From contig JALOQK010000002.1 of assembly GCA_025453395.1 (NCBI GenBank), forward strand, positions 346,509 through 410,508: a stretch of 64,000 nt of DNA, written 5' to 3'. Below, piece after piece: positions 20,076 through 30,682 of the stretch (the first letter of the stretch is position 1; every line of letters begins with the position of its first letter). The position numbers were made by a program, and so were the translations under genes. Origin of the DNA: Candidatus Omnitrophota bacterium (GTDB lineage Bacteria; Omnitrophota; Gorgyraeia; Gygaellales; Profunditerraquicolaceae). The notes under the pieces are model-generated. The model was not told the DNA's origin. It saw only the letters and a program-made list of their open reading frames with translations, and did no database searches.

Positions 20076-21918
20076 TATCCATATCTACTGTTACTATTAT
20101 ACCTGAATGCTTGAAACTTTTAAGATTTTTCTTCAACAGCGCGGTCGCCTTATAAGGGTCGTCGGCCTTAAACAATACCTGCCAATGGTAATTGCCCCGC
20201 AATTTTATATTGGGCACATTAGTCGAAGAAACAACTTCTATTGTTTCGCCTGCCTGTTTTAGCATGCCAGATAAATCCTCTCCTGCTTGTTTAACCTTAT
20301 CCTGAAGCTTACCTCTTAATTTAACCGCTGCAAAATGCCGGTAAGGAGGAAAATCCATATCCTTTCTTTCTGCCAACTCATGCTCCATGAACATCCCAAA
20401 ATCTTTATTCTGGATGGCTTTATAACAAAAATTTCCCGGCAATGAAGTCGGGACTATTAAATCCTTGTCAGTCATGGTTAGAAGCCCTGCTAAAATCCTA
20501 AAGGCCTTTTCTTTAGAACGAAAATCCAGTTGGTTAAGTATGCTGTCCATCTGCAAAGCTACCGTAAAGGCGAACCTGCCCGCAGAATGGCGCGTAATAA
20601 CTTCGGTAGAAAGTACAATATCTTCGGATAAATTTTCATCGGGATCCAATCTTTCACATAATCTGATCTTGGCTTTGGGGAATATCCTGGATAGCTCACT
20701 TTCGATCTTTTCAAGGCCAAATCCCCGATATCGGATATAGCTGGATTTGCAGGCTTCACAGACTCCCGGAACAGCGATCTTGTAAACACAATGATGGCAC
20801 TTCAGGATATTTTCTTTAAAATGCAGCACTAAGTTCGTCTGGCAACGAGGGCACTTGATTACCCTGCCGCAATTCGGGCAAAAGGCAAAGGTAGCAAAAC
20901 CTTTGCGATCCAGAAAAATAAGCACCTTTTCTTTTCTGTCAAGATGGTTAGCTATAAGATCTAAAATATAACGGGCAAAAATAGGATGCTTAATACGGCT
21001 GTAATCTGAAAGATTGCGCGTATCAAATATCTTAACCTGGGTTTTAACCGAAGAAAGATCTGATAAAACACGGTATTTTATTTGCCCCTGTTGGCACAAG
21101 AAATAACTTTCTAAAGAAACCACCCGGCTTGATAAAATAACCTTCGCGCCCTGGATCTTCGCGCGCATCAGGCTTACCCCGACAGCATGGTAATGCGGAA
21201 CCTGATCCTGCTTATAGGAAAAATCCTGCTCTTCATCAACGATAATAAGCCCTAAATTATCAACCGGGGCAAAACACGCGGATCTTACCCCGACGACAAG
21301 CTTGACCTTGCCCTCTTTGACCCTGATCCAATCCTTAAGCTGGCCGGGTTTGTTACGGCAGGAAACCACAAATTCATCGTTTATATTGGCTTTTATTAGC
21401 TTTGCGGCAAGCTCTAACGCCTGCATATCCGGCACAAGAAAGATTACCCCTCTTGCTTCTTGTAATTTATTTCTCATCTCTGCGAAATAAACCTCCCAGC
21501 GCTTTTGCCCTGTCATATCCAATAAAAGTTCTGCCTGAAACTGATCAGGATTTTGCGGTTTACGCAGAATATCAACAAAATCAACGCTTCTTCCTTTTCT
21601 TATCTCCTGCGGCAGGCTTGTATCAATGGCCTCTCCCCAAGAACAGCAATAATAATCAGCGATCTTGCGGGCTAAAAGAAGGCCGCCCTGATCTAGAATG
21701 GGCTTTTTGTCAAGTAGGCATTTTATCGGCTTTATATTCGGTATGCTGGAAACTGAAGACAAGCCCACAACATAACCTAAAGCCTTCTTGCCGCGCAACT
21801 CTACCCAGACCCTTGAACCAATGCTTATTTGCGCGCGCAAATCTTCAGGCACCAGATAATCAAACGGGCCTTCAATAGCCAAAGGGAAAACTATTTTCGC
21901 GTAAGAATTATTTTTCAC
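20068..21918 (-). CDS. priA: Primosomal protein N' with degenerate helicase motifs
   Basis: N-terminal FDYLVP..GSRV 3'-binding domain, LGLIIVDEEQ, four CxxC pairs, G.G.EKIE, FPPY; Walker A not recognisable. Confidence 0.9.
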   Translation of the reverse strand: MKNNSYAKIVFPLAIEGPFDYLVPEDLRAQISIGSRVWVELRGKKALGYVVGLSSVSSIPNIKPIKCLLDKKPILDQGGLLLARKIADYYCCSWGEAIDTSLPQEIRKGRSVDFVDILRKPQNPDQFQAELLLDMTGQKRWEVYFAEMRNKLQEARGVIFLVPDMQALELAAKLIKANINDEFVVSCRNKPGQLKDWIRVKEGKVKLVVGVRSACFAPVDNLGLIIVDEEQDFSYKQDQVPHYHAVGVSLMRAKIQGAKVILSSRVVSLESYFLCQQGQIKYRVLSDLSSVKTQVKIFDTRNLSDYSRIKHPIFARYILDLIANHLDRKEKVLIFLDRKGFATFAFCPNCGRVIKCPRCQTNLVLHFKENILKCHHCVYKIAVPGVCEACKSSYIRYRGFGLEKIESELSRIFPKAKIRLCERLDPDENLSEDIVLSTEVITRHSAGRFAFTVALQMDSILNQLDFRSKEKAFRILAGLLTMTDKDLIVPTSLPGNFCYKAIQNKDFGMFMEHELAERKDMDFPPYRHFAAVKLRGKLQDKVKQAGEDLSGMLKQAGETIEVVSSTNVPNIKLRGNYHWQVLFKADDPYKATALLKKNLKSFKHSGIIVTVDMDIA

Positions 21919-23009
21919 TTATTGATCAGGTTGTTAATGTTTTGCAAGGGGTTGGTTTTTTTGAAAAAACGGATATTACTTCTTACCTGTTCTAATTTTT
22001 GCGGGTTTTGGATATACTCAAGAGTTTTTTCCTTTGCCTCTTGGGGGGTTTTAGCAAAAAAACCTATTCCCTGCTCCATAAGTATGCGGGCGTTAGCTTC
22101 TTCCTGGCCGGGAATAGCGCAAATAAAAATAGGCGCCAGGTCCATCGCCAATAATTCGGAGACGCTTAAGCCGCCGGGCTTGGTTATGATAATATCGGAA
22201 GAGGCCATCAATTCTTCCATGTTATCCACAAAAGCGTAAACTTTTACTTGAGGATAATTAAGCCTAAGCATTCTTTTATAAAGCTTCTTATTTCGGGCGC
22301 AGACAAGAATAATTTGCGCGTGATCTTTTAAAGCTGTTGTTATCTCTTCTAAGGGGCCGATGCCAAACGAACCGGTTGCCAATAAAACGGTGAATTTATT
22401 CTTATCAAGCCCGATTTTCTGGCGCAGAAGCTGTTTGTTGAAACTTGCTTCAAACTTTACGTCAACCGGAATGCCGTAAACTAAAATCGATTTATCGGGG
22501 ATGCCCTCTTCAATCAAAATATCCTTTGTTTTTTCTGAAGCAACCCAATAATAATCTATGCCGTTGGCCAGCCAAAACGAATGCACGCCAAAATCCGTAA
22601 TCACGGTAACAACTTTAGAATTGATCAAACCGTTGGATTTTAAGATTCCGGATACTTCCGACGACAAGAAATGCGTGGAAATAATCAAATCCGGATTTTC
22701 TCTAATCAAAAATTCCCTGAATTTAACCGTATTAATATGATTTAATATCACCGCCGGCTTGCGCAAGATCTTGCGCGAAACTGCCGAAGAAGTCGCCCCA
22801 AAAAGAAACCCCCAGATAGCTGTGGCGTGATTAACTAGAAAAGTGTAACCGGTATGATAGGAAAACCTAAATAACCATGAACAGTATTCCAAAGAATCAA
22901 CGATTTTAACTTGGGCGTCTTTATGGTTATTGCGCAAATAATTAAAGATGGCTTCCGCGGCTTTCCTATGCCCGCCTCCGGCAGAAGAATGCAATACCAG
23001 GATCTTCAC
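21915..23009 (-). CDS. MGDG-synthase/UgtP-like GT28 glycosyltransferase
   Basis: SAGGGHRKAA, ISTHF, VITDF..H, ITKPGGLS, IPGQEEAN. Confidence 0.9.
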   Translation of the reverse strand: MKILVLHSSAGGGHRKAAEAIFNYLRNNHKDAQVKIVDSLEYCSWLFRFSYHTGYTFLVNHATAIWGFLFGATSSAVSRKILRKPAVILNHINTVKFREFLIRENPDLIISTHFLSSEVSGILKSNGLINSKVVTVITDFGVHSFWLANGIDYYWVASEKTKDILIEEGIPDKSILVYGIPVDVKFEASFNKQLLRQKIGLDKNKFTVLLATGSFGIGPLEEITTALKDHAQIILVCARNKKLYKRMLRLNYPQVKVYAFVDNMEELMASSDIIITKPGGLSVSELLAMDLAPIFICAIPGQEEANARILMEQGIGFFAKTPQEAKEKTLEYIQNPQKLEQVRSNIRFFKKTNPLQNINNLINK

Positions 23010-23578
23010 TTTGCGCCTTCTTTCAGGATAATTTCTACTGCCTTGGGCAGATCTAAAGCAGTAAAATCAGGCTGGATATGCCAGTTGGGCTTATTATCTT
23101 GTTTTTCTTTTCCGGAAAAAACCAGAATAGTTTTTACCCCGGAGGATTTCCCGGTTTCTATATCCCGGATGGTATCGCCGACAAAATAGCTTTTGGATAG
23201 ATCAAGCTGCTTGCCATAATTAGCCATGCGCGCTACTGCCATATGCACAAGCCCGTTTTTGGGCTTGCGGCAGTTGCAATTGGCTTCATTGGTATGCGTG
23301 CAATAGTAAACCTGATCAATAACCGCGCCATCTTTTTTCAAAAGTTCTTCCATCCCGCAGGTGATCGCATCTAATGTACCTTGGGAATAGATCCCTTTTC
23401 CTACTCCGGCCTGATTAGAAACTACAAACACCTTGAACCCCGCGGCATTTAATTTGTTTATTGCCTGGCCTGCCCCGGGTAAAAGATGGAATTCTTCGGG
23501 AGAGGTAACATATTTAAAATCTCCCGGATACTGATTGATCACTCCGTCGCGATCCAGAAATACCGCCTTTATCTTCAT
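23006..23578 (-). CDS. gmhB: D-glycero-D-manno-heptose 1,7-bisphosphate phosphatase (HAD)
   Basis: FLDRDGVIN, VSNQAG, CTH...CNCRKP, VGD...D. Confidence 0.85.
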   Translation of the reverse strand: MKIKAVFLDRDGVINQYPGDFKYVTSPEEFHLLPGAGQAINKLNAAGFKVFVVSNQAGVGKGIYSQGTLDAITCGMEELLKKDGAVIDQVYYCTHTNEANCNCRKPKNGLVHMAVARMANYGKQLDLSKSYFVGDTIRDIETGKSSGVKTILVFSGKEKQDNKPNWHIQPDFTALDLPKAVEIILKEGAK

Positions 23579-23581
23579 CTA

Positions 23582-24700
23582 TCAAATCACCTCTTTTATG
23601 GTGCCTACAACTTTTTTAACTTGGCTTTGTGTGATGTAAGGATAAAGCGGCAAAGACAAAACCCTCTCTGATAGTTTCTCGGAAACCGGAAAATCACCCT
23701 TTTTATATCCTAAACCCTCATATGCTTTCTGAAGATGCACTGGAATAGGATAATGCACAATAACCCCGATCCCCTTTTCGGATAAATACTTACTCAGCTT
23801 ATCTCTGGAATGAGATTGCACCGCGTAAACATGATAAACATGCCTGCTGTTTTCCTGCGCAAAAGGAGTAGTTATGCCGTCAATGCCGGAAAGCAATTTA
23901 TTATACCAGCCTGCCGCTTTGATGCGCCAATTATTCCACTCTTGCAGCTTTCTTAGCTTGTAACGCAATATTCCGGCCTGCAAAGTATCCAAGCGGGAAT
24001 TGTAACCTACCATTACATGCTCATATTTAGACGCTCGCCCATAATCGCGCAGCATGTTCAATTTATCGTAAATCTGCTTGCTATTAGTAGTAATCGCTCC
24101 GCCATCTCCTAAGGCCCCTAAATTCTTAGAGGGATAAAAACTAAAACACCCGATATCGCCAATACTGCCGCAGAGATGTTTTTTACCGTCAGGCATAAGC
24201 ATATTTGCGCCATGCGCTTGTGCTGTATCCTCAATAACTTTTAAGTTATATTTACCGGCGATACGCATAATCTGCGGCATACAAGCCGGTTGGCCGTATA
24301 AATGCACCGGGATTACGGCTTTAGTCTTTGGAGTAATCGCTTTTTCCAAAAGCGATGGATTTAAATTATAAGTTTTTTCGTCAACATCAACAAAAACAGG
24401 CCTTGCGCCGGTGTAAGAAACCGCTAAAGCGGTAGCAATATAAGTAAAAGCAGGCACGATCACCTCATCGCCGTCTTTTATGCCCAAAGCGCTTAACGCC
24501 AAAAATAAAGCTGCCGTGCCGGAACTAACCCCCACACAATAATCAGAGCCACAAAACTTTGCAAACTCCTGCTCAAAAAGCTTCACATCTTCGCCTAAGA
24601 TAAAATCTCCTCTGGCGATAACTTTTTCTACTGATCTTAAGATATCTTTCTTAAGCTTCTTATGCTGCAGGCCTAAATCAACAAGCGCAATCTTCACCAA
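23582..24700 (-). CDS. DegT/DnrJ/EryC1/StrS aminotransferase
   Basis: SSGTAAL, PVHLYG, EDTAQAHG, FSFYPSKNLG. Confidence 0.95.
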   Translation of the reverse strand: MVKIALVDLGLQHKKLKKDILRSVEKVIARGDFILGEDVKLFEQEFAKFCGSDYCVGVSSGTAALFLALSALGIKDGDEVIVPAFTYIATALAVSYTGARPVFVDVDEKTYNLNPSLLEKAITPKTKAVIPVHLYGQPACMPQIMRIAGKYNLKVIEDTAQAHGANMLMPDGKKHLCGSIGDIGCFSFYPSKNLGALGDGGAITTNSKQIYDKLNMLRDYGRASKYEHVMVGYNSRLDTLQAGILRYKLRKLQEWNNWRIKAAGWYNKLLSGIDGITTPFAQENSRHVYHVYAVQSHSRDKLSKYLSEKGIGVIVHYPIPVHLQKAYEGLGYKKGDFPVSEKLSERVLSLPLYPYITQSQVKKVVGTIKEVI

Positions 24701-25752
24701 ATCCTCCTCAAGTTTTCAAAAACCTCATCTGGTTTAATATTCGTTAAGCATTTTAAGTTGTGCTGACAATCTTCTATGCGAAAATCACGGTAACAGGGAC
24801 GGCAGGGAACTTGAGCTTTTACCACGCGGTATTTCTCCGAAGCCGGATACGGCCCATAAACACGCTCGTCAACTGGCCCAAATATTGATACCGCGGGAAT
24901 ATTTAATGCCCTTGCCATATGCAAGATCCCTCCGTCTGTCGCGATAACCGCGCGCGATAGATTGATTACCGCAGCTAACTGCCGCAAAGTTGTCTTGCCG
25001 CAAAGATTAACTACGGGATTTGATAAAAGTTTTTCTATTCTTTCAGCAACCTTTTCTTCTGAAACATCACCGATTAAAACCACTTCTGCTTTTAAACCAC
25101 TTACCAACCTGTCTATTAATTCAGCGAAATTTTCTTCAGGCCATTGCTTTAAATAGGCTCTCTTGCCCCAACTTGCCCCTGAGGAAACGGCAATTGCCGC
25201 AAGAGGGGCTTTTGCGGCGTTAGAAATAAGCTTCTTGGCAACCTTAGTATCTTCGTCATTTACAAATAGATCCAAATGATTGTCATCGGGCTTAACGCCC
25301 ACAAACTTTAATAATTGCGCGTACCACTCTGCCGCATGCAAAGCATCATAACCTTGGATTTTAATCTTATCAGTTAAAAACCTGCCTCTATTCTTATAAT
25401 CAAACCCGATTCGTTTAGGCACTCCCAACATTTTAAGCAACAGGCTGTAACGATAGTCCAATGAAAAATCAAAAACGCATTCAAAATGCTTCTTTCTGAT
25501 CAGCCGGCATAAAGAAAATAGGCTTTTTATGCCATTCAAAAAAGAAGCGTGGAAGATCTTTTTTAAATCTCCCCGGGAGCAAGCAATGATATCATCAATA
25601 TTGGGATTAAGCTCTAAGATTTCTTTTACTCTTTGGTTGCACCAATATGTAATACGGCTATCGGGAAAACCAGAGCGTAAATTACGCGCCAATCCAGTGG
25701 TAAACAAAACATCGCCTATCCCGAAAGGGTTAACTATCAAGATATTCTTCAT
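24694..25752 (-). CDS. GT9 LPS heptosyltransferase family
   Basis: GIGDVL, KQWP, GKTTLRQLAA, DGGILHMA. Confidence 0.9.
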   Translation of the reverse strand: MKNILIVNPFGIGDVLFTTGLARNLRSGFPDSRITYWCNQRVKEILELNPNIDDIIACSRGDLKKIFHASFLNGIKSLFSLCRLIRKKHFECVFDFSLDYRYSLLLKMLGVPKRIGFDYKNRGRFLTDKIKIQGYDALHAAEWYAQLLKFVGVKPDDNHLDLFVNDEDTKVAKKLISNAAKAPLAAIAVSSGASWGKRAYLKQWPEENFAELIDRLVSGLKAEVVLIGDVSEEKVAERIEKLLSNPVVNLCGKTTLRQLAAVINLSRAVIATDGGILHMARALNIPAVSIFGPVDERVYGPYPASEKYRVVKAQVPCRPCYRDFRIEDCQHNLKCLTNIKPDEVFENLRRIW

Positions 25753-27143
25753 CTTTTAAAATCATCCTGGAAACGCTTGATATCATCTTCTTCAAGATAT
25801 GCCCCGGTCTGCACTTCCACGATTTTAAGCGGGCAGTTCTGCGGATTTTCCAAACGATGTTTAACGCCTTTGGGGATATAAATACTTTGATTGCTTCTTA
25901 CGATGCGCACGGCGCTATCGCTTGTAACTTTGGCAACTCCTGAAACAACCACCCAATGCTCTGCCCTGTGCTTATGGCTTTGCAAACTCAAACGTTTTTT
26001 AGCAGAGATCTCAATAAGCTTAATCTTAAAACCGGCGGCGCCATGCAAAACAGTATACTCTCCCCATGGCCTCTTATCGGTCAGATGAGCGATATGCTCG
26101 TTGCGCCCTTTCTTTTGCAGGCTATCAACGACTTTCTTTACATCTTCAGCCTTATTTCTGTCGCAGATAAGAAGCGCATCTGGGGTATCGGCGATAATTA
26201 AATTCTCCAGGCCTATGGTAGAGATCAGGCGGTTGCTGCGGCTAAAAACACAAATACCGCGGCTGTCAAAATCCATACAATCAGCCTGATAGATATTGCC
26301 TTTTTTATTTTTCTGAAAGACCTGCTGCAATGCGTCCCAACTGCCTAAATCCGTCCAGGAAAATTCAGCCTTAACTAAAGCGATATTTTTGGCATGCTCC
26401 ATGATCCCATAATCCACAGAAACCGGATGAATTTCTCCCCAATAAACTGCAATATCTTCTTGAGAATTTATTTTCTCAAGTGTTTTGTGCAAACCAGGCA
26501 AATATCTCTTGATTTGTTCATAAAAAACTTGCGCCTTCCAAACAAAAATCCCGCTATTCCAAAAGAATCGTTTATCCTTAAAATATATTTTCGCTTTATC
26601 TAAAGGCGGCTTCTCCAGAAATTTCTCCACCTTATAAAGCTGACGGCTGATAGCTGATAGCTGATAGCTGACCTTTATGTACCCGTATCCGGCCGCCGGA
26701 TATTTAGGCTTAATGCCGATAGTAACCAAAAAGTCTTTTCTTGCCGCTTCTAAAGCCTGTTTAATGGTAAATTTAAATCCATTCATCCCGGATATATAAT
26801 GATCTGCCGGTAAAACAATCAAATTAGCGTTTTTATCCTTTGCCAAAATAAGCTTGGCGCATAATCCTATTGCGGAAGCGGTATTCTTTCCTTGCGGCTC
26901 AAGAATAATGTTCTGCGGGAGCATCTTAAATTTCTCAAGCTGGCGTCTAACCTCATAACCATAAGCCTTATTAGTGACAATATATATATTTTCCGCCGGA
27001 ACAATACCATTCAGGCGTAAAACCGTAGCCTGAATAAGGCTTTTGTCGCCTATAATCTGCATAAATTGTTTAGGCTCAAGCTGCCGGCTAAACGGCCAAA
27101 AACGGCTTCCTACCCCTCCAGCAAGTATCACGGCGTAATTCAT
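25749..27143 (-). CDS. manC: Mannose-1-phosphate guanylyltransferase / mannose-6-phosphate isomerase
   Basis: ILAGGVGSRFWP, PKQF, GYGYI, FLEKP, WTDLGSW, RPWG, LSLQSHKHRAEHW; start at ATG overlapping the upstream TGA. Confidence 0.95.
   Translation of the reverse strand: MNYAVILAGGVGSRFWPFSRQLEPKQFMQIIGDKSLIQATVLRLNGIVPAENIYIVTNKAYGYEVRRQLEKFKMLPQNIILEPQGKNTASAIGLCAKLILAKDKNANLIVLPADHYISGMNGFKFTIKQALEAARKDFLVTIGIKPKYPAAGYGYIKVSYQLSAISRQLYKVEKFLEKPPLDKAKIYFKDKRFFWNSGIFVWKAQVFYEQIKRYLPGLHKTLEKINSQEDIAVYWGEIHPVSVDYGIMEHAKNIALVKAEFSWTDLGSWDALQQVFQKNKKGNIYQADCMDFDSRGICVFSRSNRLISTIGLENLIIADTPDALLICDRNKAEDVKKVVDSLQKKGRNEHIAHLTDKRPWGEYTVLHGAAGFKIKLIEISAKKRLSLQSHKHRAEHWVVVSGVAKVTSDSAVRIVRSNQSIYIPKGVKHRLENPQNCPLKIVEVQTGAYLEEDDIKRFQDDFKR
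26638..26672. repeat. In-frame 5 x 7-nt tandem array inside manC
   Basis: agctgac ggctgat agctgat agctgat agctgac; encodes VSYQLSAISRQL. Confidence 0.9.
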
Positions 27144-28078
27144 ATTTTTAGAAACTCCTTTGCCTTGTTTAAAACATCTTCCACGCTTATATCTTGCAAT
27201 GATTTCGCCTCCAACACAGCGCTGCGGCTTGCTCTGGGGCCCCAACGAAGCGGGCATTTCCCGGGAATATCATTGCGAAAAATAGCTATTGTGGGAGTAT
27301 CCACACAGGAAGCAAGATGCACCGGCCCGCTATCCCCTGATATAAGAAGGCTGCTTTTCTTTAATATCCCGGCTAACTGCGGCAGGGTAGTTTTTCCTGT
27401 GTAATCAAAAACCTTTTGCTTATCAAGCCCAAAAAATACTCTTTCTGCCTCTTGAAGCTGTTCTTTGCCGCCAACTATAATTATAGGCAAATTACAACAC
27501 TTAAGCAACCGTTCAATAAGTCCACGAAAATTTTCAAGCGGCCATTGCTTAACCTGATCGCTTGTCCAGGGATGCACTACTATTCCGGATAAAAACCCAT
27601 CTGCCTGTTTTGTGTCAATATTAAGGGACAAGCGCTTATCAAAATCTTTTATCCCCAAGACCGAAACCAGCTCAAGGTTAGAATCAATCTCATGCTTATT
27701 GCCAGCGTGTTTTTGATCAGAAGCCTTATGGGTTAAGAAAAAATCCCACTTACGCTTCCAACCCAAACGAACCTTTGCTGCGGATAAAAAAGAAATAAGA
27801 TGCGCCTGCTTTGAAGGATTAAACACCGCAAAAACTCCTATTCTTTTGCGGCGCAATTCTCTTGAGAAAGACAAAACTTCGGCCAGAGAATGTTTTCTGT
27901 TCTCCCAGATTAAAACCTCATCTACACCGGGAATAAATCTTGCTATATCCGCAACAACAGTATCGACTGCTAAAATAAGCTTAAATCCCGGGAACAATTG
28001 TTTTAGCGCCCTAAACGCCGGGATGCTTAATAGAAACTCGCCAAAACGATCATTGCGCAAACAAATAATATTAGGCAC
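27140..28078 (-). CDS. GT9 heptosyltransferase family
   Basis: DRFGEFL, KQWP, GKTTLPQLA, DSGPVHLA. Confidence 0.88.
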   Translation of the reverse strand: MPNIICLRNDRFGEFLLSIPAFRALKQLFPGFKLILAVDTVVADIARFIPGVDEVLIWENRKHSLAEVLSFSRELRRKRIGVFAVFNPSKQAHLISFLSAAKVRLGWKRKWDFFLTHKASDQKHAGNKHEIDSNLELVSVLGIKDFDKRLSLNIDTKQADGFLSGIVVHPWTSDQVKQWPLENFRGLIERLLKCCNLPIIIVGGKEQLQEAERVFFGLDKQKVFDYTGKTTLPQLAGILKKSSLLISGDSGPVHLASCVDTPTIAIFRNDIPGKCPLRWGPRASRSAVLEAKSLQDISVEDVLNKAKEFLKI

Positions 28079-29297
28079 AAGAAATCCTTCTTAAACTTAA
28101 AAGAAGCCCGCACAAATACCAAAAGATAAGCGCTACACGGGCATAATAAAGGCTGCTTTCAGTCAAGCCATTCACAAGAAACGCGATGACGCATGCGGTC
28201 AATGACAAACAAATAACTTTCAGGTAATCATCTTTGAGGCAAGAAAAAGTTGATTTTGCCTCTTTAAAAACAGCGAATATAAACCAGAGAAAAACCGCCA
28301 ACCCCGCCAACCCCACCTCAACAGCCATATGCAGAAAATTGTTATGCGCGTAAATATAATCTATGGTCTCAACCCCTCTGTATGCCGGTACAGTATATTT
28401 ATAGCCCTTATAATCTTTCATATATGTATTGGCGCCAAAACCAATAACCGGATGGTCTTTTATCATTTCTATAGAGCGCTTATATATAGTGACCCTATCA
28501 TCATTGCACATGAATCTTAAGGGATTGTAATCAACTTCTTTGGCCCACTTCTTAACTGAAAGCGGTAACATTAACGGCGCCAATACGGTAAATACAGCTA
28601 AGAAAATAATAAGTTTTTTATTTTTTCTCGCGATAGCAAAAAACCATAAAACAACATATATGGCTAACAGCGTCGGCCTTGAGTATGTTAAAGCAATGCC
28701 TAAGACGCCTAGAATCGAAACTATAACCAAAGAAACCCTCTTTAGGCCTTTATGATAGAAGAATGCCCCGCCTAAAACAGCCGGGACAAGCGCGCTCAGA
28801 TAAATCCCCAGCGTATTCGCGTCGCCAAAAGATGAAGTCGCGCGCAAAAGCCCGATATTAAGTATAACATCAGTGCCCCTAATAAAATCTTTTCCCGAAT
28901 AAACCTGCCAAAACTCATTAGCGCATGTCAAAATTATCCCGGCGCAAAACGATAAAATTATGCGGCTTAAGTGTTTCTTATCCTGGACGGAATAATAAAC
29001 GGCGTATAAAACTAAAATATATTCTAAAAGCCGCAGGATGCCGCCTCTTAAAGTATCTTTAATGCTTACTGAATGCAATATGGATACACAGGTTAGCAGG
29101 AAGAAAATCGCAAGCGGCAAGTTTATCGAAAGCCTCGGGAAAAAACTTTCCCGATCAAGAAGTTTTTTCAGCAAAAAACCCGATAATAAAATGCCCATAA
29201 ACACATTCGTGGGAGCCTGGTTTATCGCCATAAAAAACGGAATAGCGATAATTGAATAATACACCATAAAAAAAGCTGTTTTCTTTGCCAAGTCCAT
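28071..29297 (-). CDS. O-antigen ligase family (Wzy_C) membrane protein
   Basis: Multi-TM; RATSSFGDAN, LTYSR, HPVIGFG, AHNNFLH. Confidence 0.85.
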   Translation of the reverse strand: MDLAKKTAFFMVYYSIIAIPFFMAINQAPTNVFMGILLSGFLLKKLLDRESFFPRLSINLPLAIFFLLTCVSILHSVSIKDTLRGGILRLLEYILVLYAVYYSVQDKKHLSRIILSFCAGIILTCANEFWQVYSGKDFIRGTDVILNIGLLRATSSFGDANTLGIYLSALVPAVLGGAFFYHKGLKRVSLVIVSILGVLGIALTYSRPTLLAIYVVLWFFAIARKNKKLIIFLAVFTVLAPLMLPLSVKKWAKEVDYNPLRFMCNDDRVTIYKRSIEMIKDHPVIGFGANTYMKDYKGYKYTVPAYRGVETIDYIYAHNNFLHMAVEVGLAGLAVFLWFIFAVFKEAKSTFSCLKDDYLKVICLSLTACVIAFLVNGLTESSLYYARVALIFWYLCGLLLSLRRISCA

Positions 29298-29302
29298 AAG
29301 CT

Positions 29303-29980
29303 TCACCCCGTTATTCTGTATTTTATTAAATAAAATATCGCCCACAATCCATCATGCCAGCGTATCTTCTTGCCCTCTTTATATGTCCTGGGAAAATACT
29401 GTACCGCCACTTCCGATATCTTCAGTTTCTTCTTAAGCGCCTTGCAGATCATTTCCACATCAAAATCAAAACCCGTGGCCTTTAAGCTTAAAGAACTGAA
29501 TACTTCTTTTCTGGCGATTTTGTAACAGGTGGCATAGTCATTAAGATTGCTTCCAAAAAGAAAATTCAGCAGTCCGGTCAAGAACCGGTTCCCCAGGCGA
29601 TGCACATGCAACCCTGAATGGCCTTGCGTAAATCTTGCCCCCAAGACAATATCAGCGTTAGTCTGTTTTATCTGCTGAATAAGCTTAAAATAATCCGCCG
29701 GGTCATATTCCAGATCCGCGTCCTGGATAATCACGAATTCTCCCTGCGCGTGAGACAAACCAGTCAAAACGGCTTGCCCCTTGCCGCGGTTATTCGCGTG
29801 ATGAATAACCTGCAGTTCAGGATATTTTATTTCGTTTAACACCTTGTGCGTATTGTCTGTTGAGCCGTCATCAACCGCGATGATTTCCTTATCCATAGGC
29901 AGTTGATTGATTTTATCCAGGATTTGCCTAACAGTGGCTGACTCATTATACACCGGGACTATAACTGACAGGTATGGCAT
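29303..29980 (-). CDS. GT2 polyprenol-phosphate glycosyltransferase (DPM-like)
   Basis: PVYNE, DDGSTD, QDADLEYDP, EGKKIRW. Confidence 0.9.
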   Translation of the reverse strand: MPYLSVIVPVYNESATVRQILDKINQLPMDKEIIAVDDGSTDNTHKVLNEIKYPELQVIHHANNRGKGQAVLTGLSHAQGEFVIIQDADLEYDPADYFKLIQQIKQTNADIVLGARFTQGHSGLHVHRLGNRFLTGLLNFLFGSNLNDYATCYKIARKEVFSSLSLKATGFDFDVEMICKALKKKLKISEVAVQYFPRTYKEGKKIRWHDGLWAIFYLIKYRITG

Positions 29981-29983
29981 ATT

Positions 29984-30682
29984 TTATCCTTTTATTCTCC
30001 TTGTGATCGCCCAGAAATAAAGCTTTAAATACGCAGGCATTAGTTTAAAGACTTTAAAATTTGATTTTCCTTTGGTCCTTTCATTCCAGGCTGTAGGGAT
30101 CTGCGTGATTTTGTAGCCCATAAAATACGCCTTGAGCGGAATTTCCATGGATATCTCAAAACCCCGGGAATAAGTAGTAATGCTGTCTATTACTTCTTTT
30201 CTATACATCTTAAAGGCGTTAGTTATATCAGAAGTGGGAATTCCGATAAGAAAACGCGTGGATACCCCGGCAAAGGAAGATAAAAACGCCTTAAACGCCG
30301 AGCCCCCTTTGCGCGCGCCTGAATGGATATACCTTGAGCCGCAGGCGATATCAAAACCCTGTTTTATTTTTTCATATAACTGCGCAATATCATTTAAATC
30401 ATCGCACAGATCTCCCATCACCGGCAAAAACACATCCCCCTTAGCGCTTTTAAAACCAAACCTTAAAGCATTAGCAAAACCTTTATCCGTGATATTATCC
30501 ACTACCGAGAGGTTTTGATAATCTTTAAGCAAACTTAAAGCCAATTCACCGGTTTTATCGCTTGAGTGGTCGTTAACTATCAACAGCTCGTGCGGTATTT
30601 TCACGGTTTCTTCAATCTTGGCAATAACCTCGCAAATATTTTCTTCCTCGTTGTAAACTGGGACAATTATGGATAACTTCAT
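29984..30682 (-). CDS. GT2 polyprenol-phosphate glycosyltransferase (DPM-like)
   Basis: PVYNEE, NDHSSD, MGDLCDD, GSRY, ERTKGKS. Confidence 0.88.
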   Translation of the reverse strand: MKLSIIVPVYNEEENICEVIAKIEETVKIPHELLIVNDHSSDKTGELALSLLKDYQNLSVVDNITDKGFANALRFGFKSAKGDVFLPVMGDLCDDLNDIAQLYEKIKQGFDIACGSRYIHSGARKGGSAFKAFLSSFAGVSTRFLIGIPTSDITNAFKMYRKEVIDSITTYSRGFEISMEIPLKAYFMGYKITQIPTAWNERTKGKSNFKVFKLMPAYLKLYFWAITRRIKG

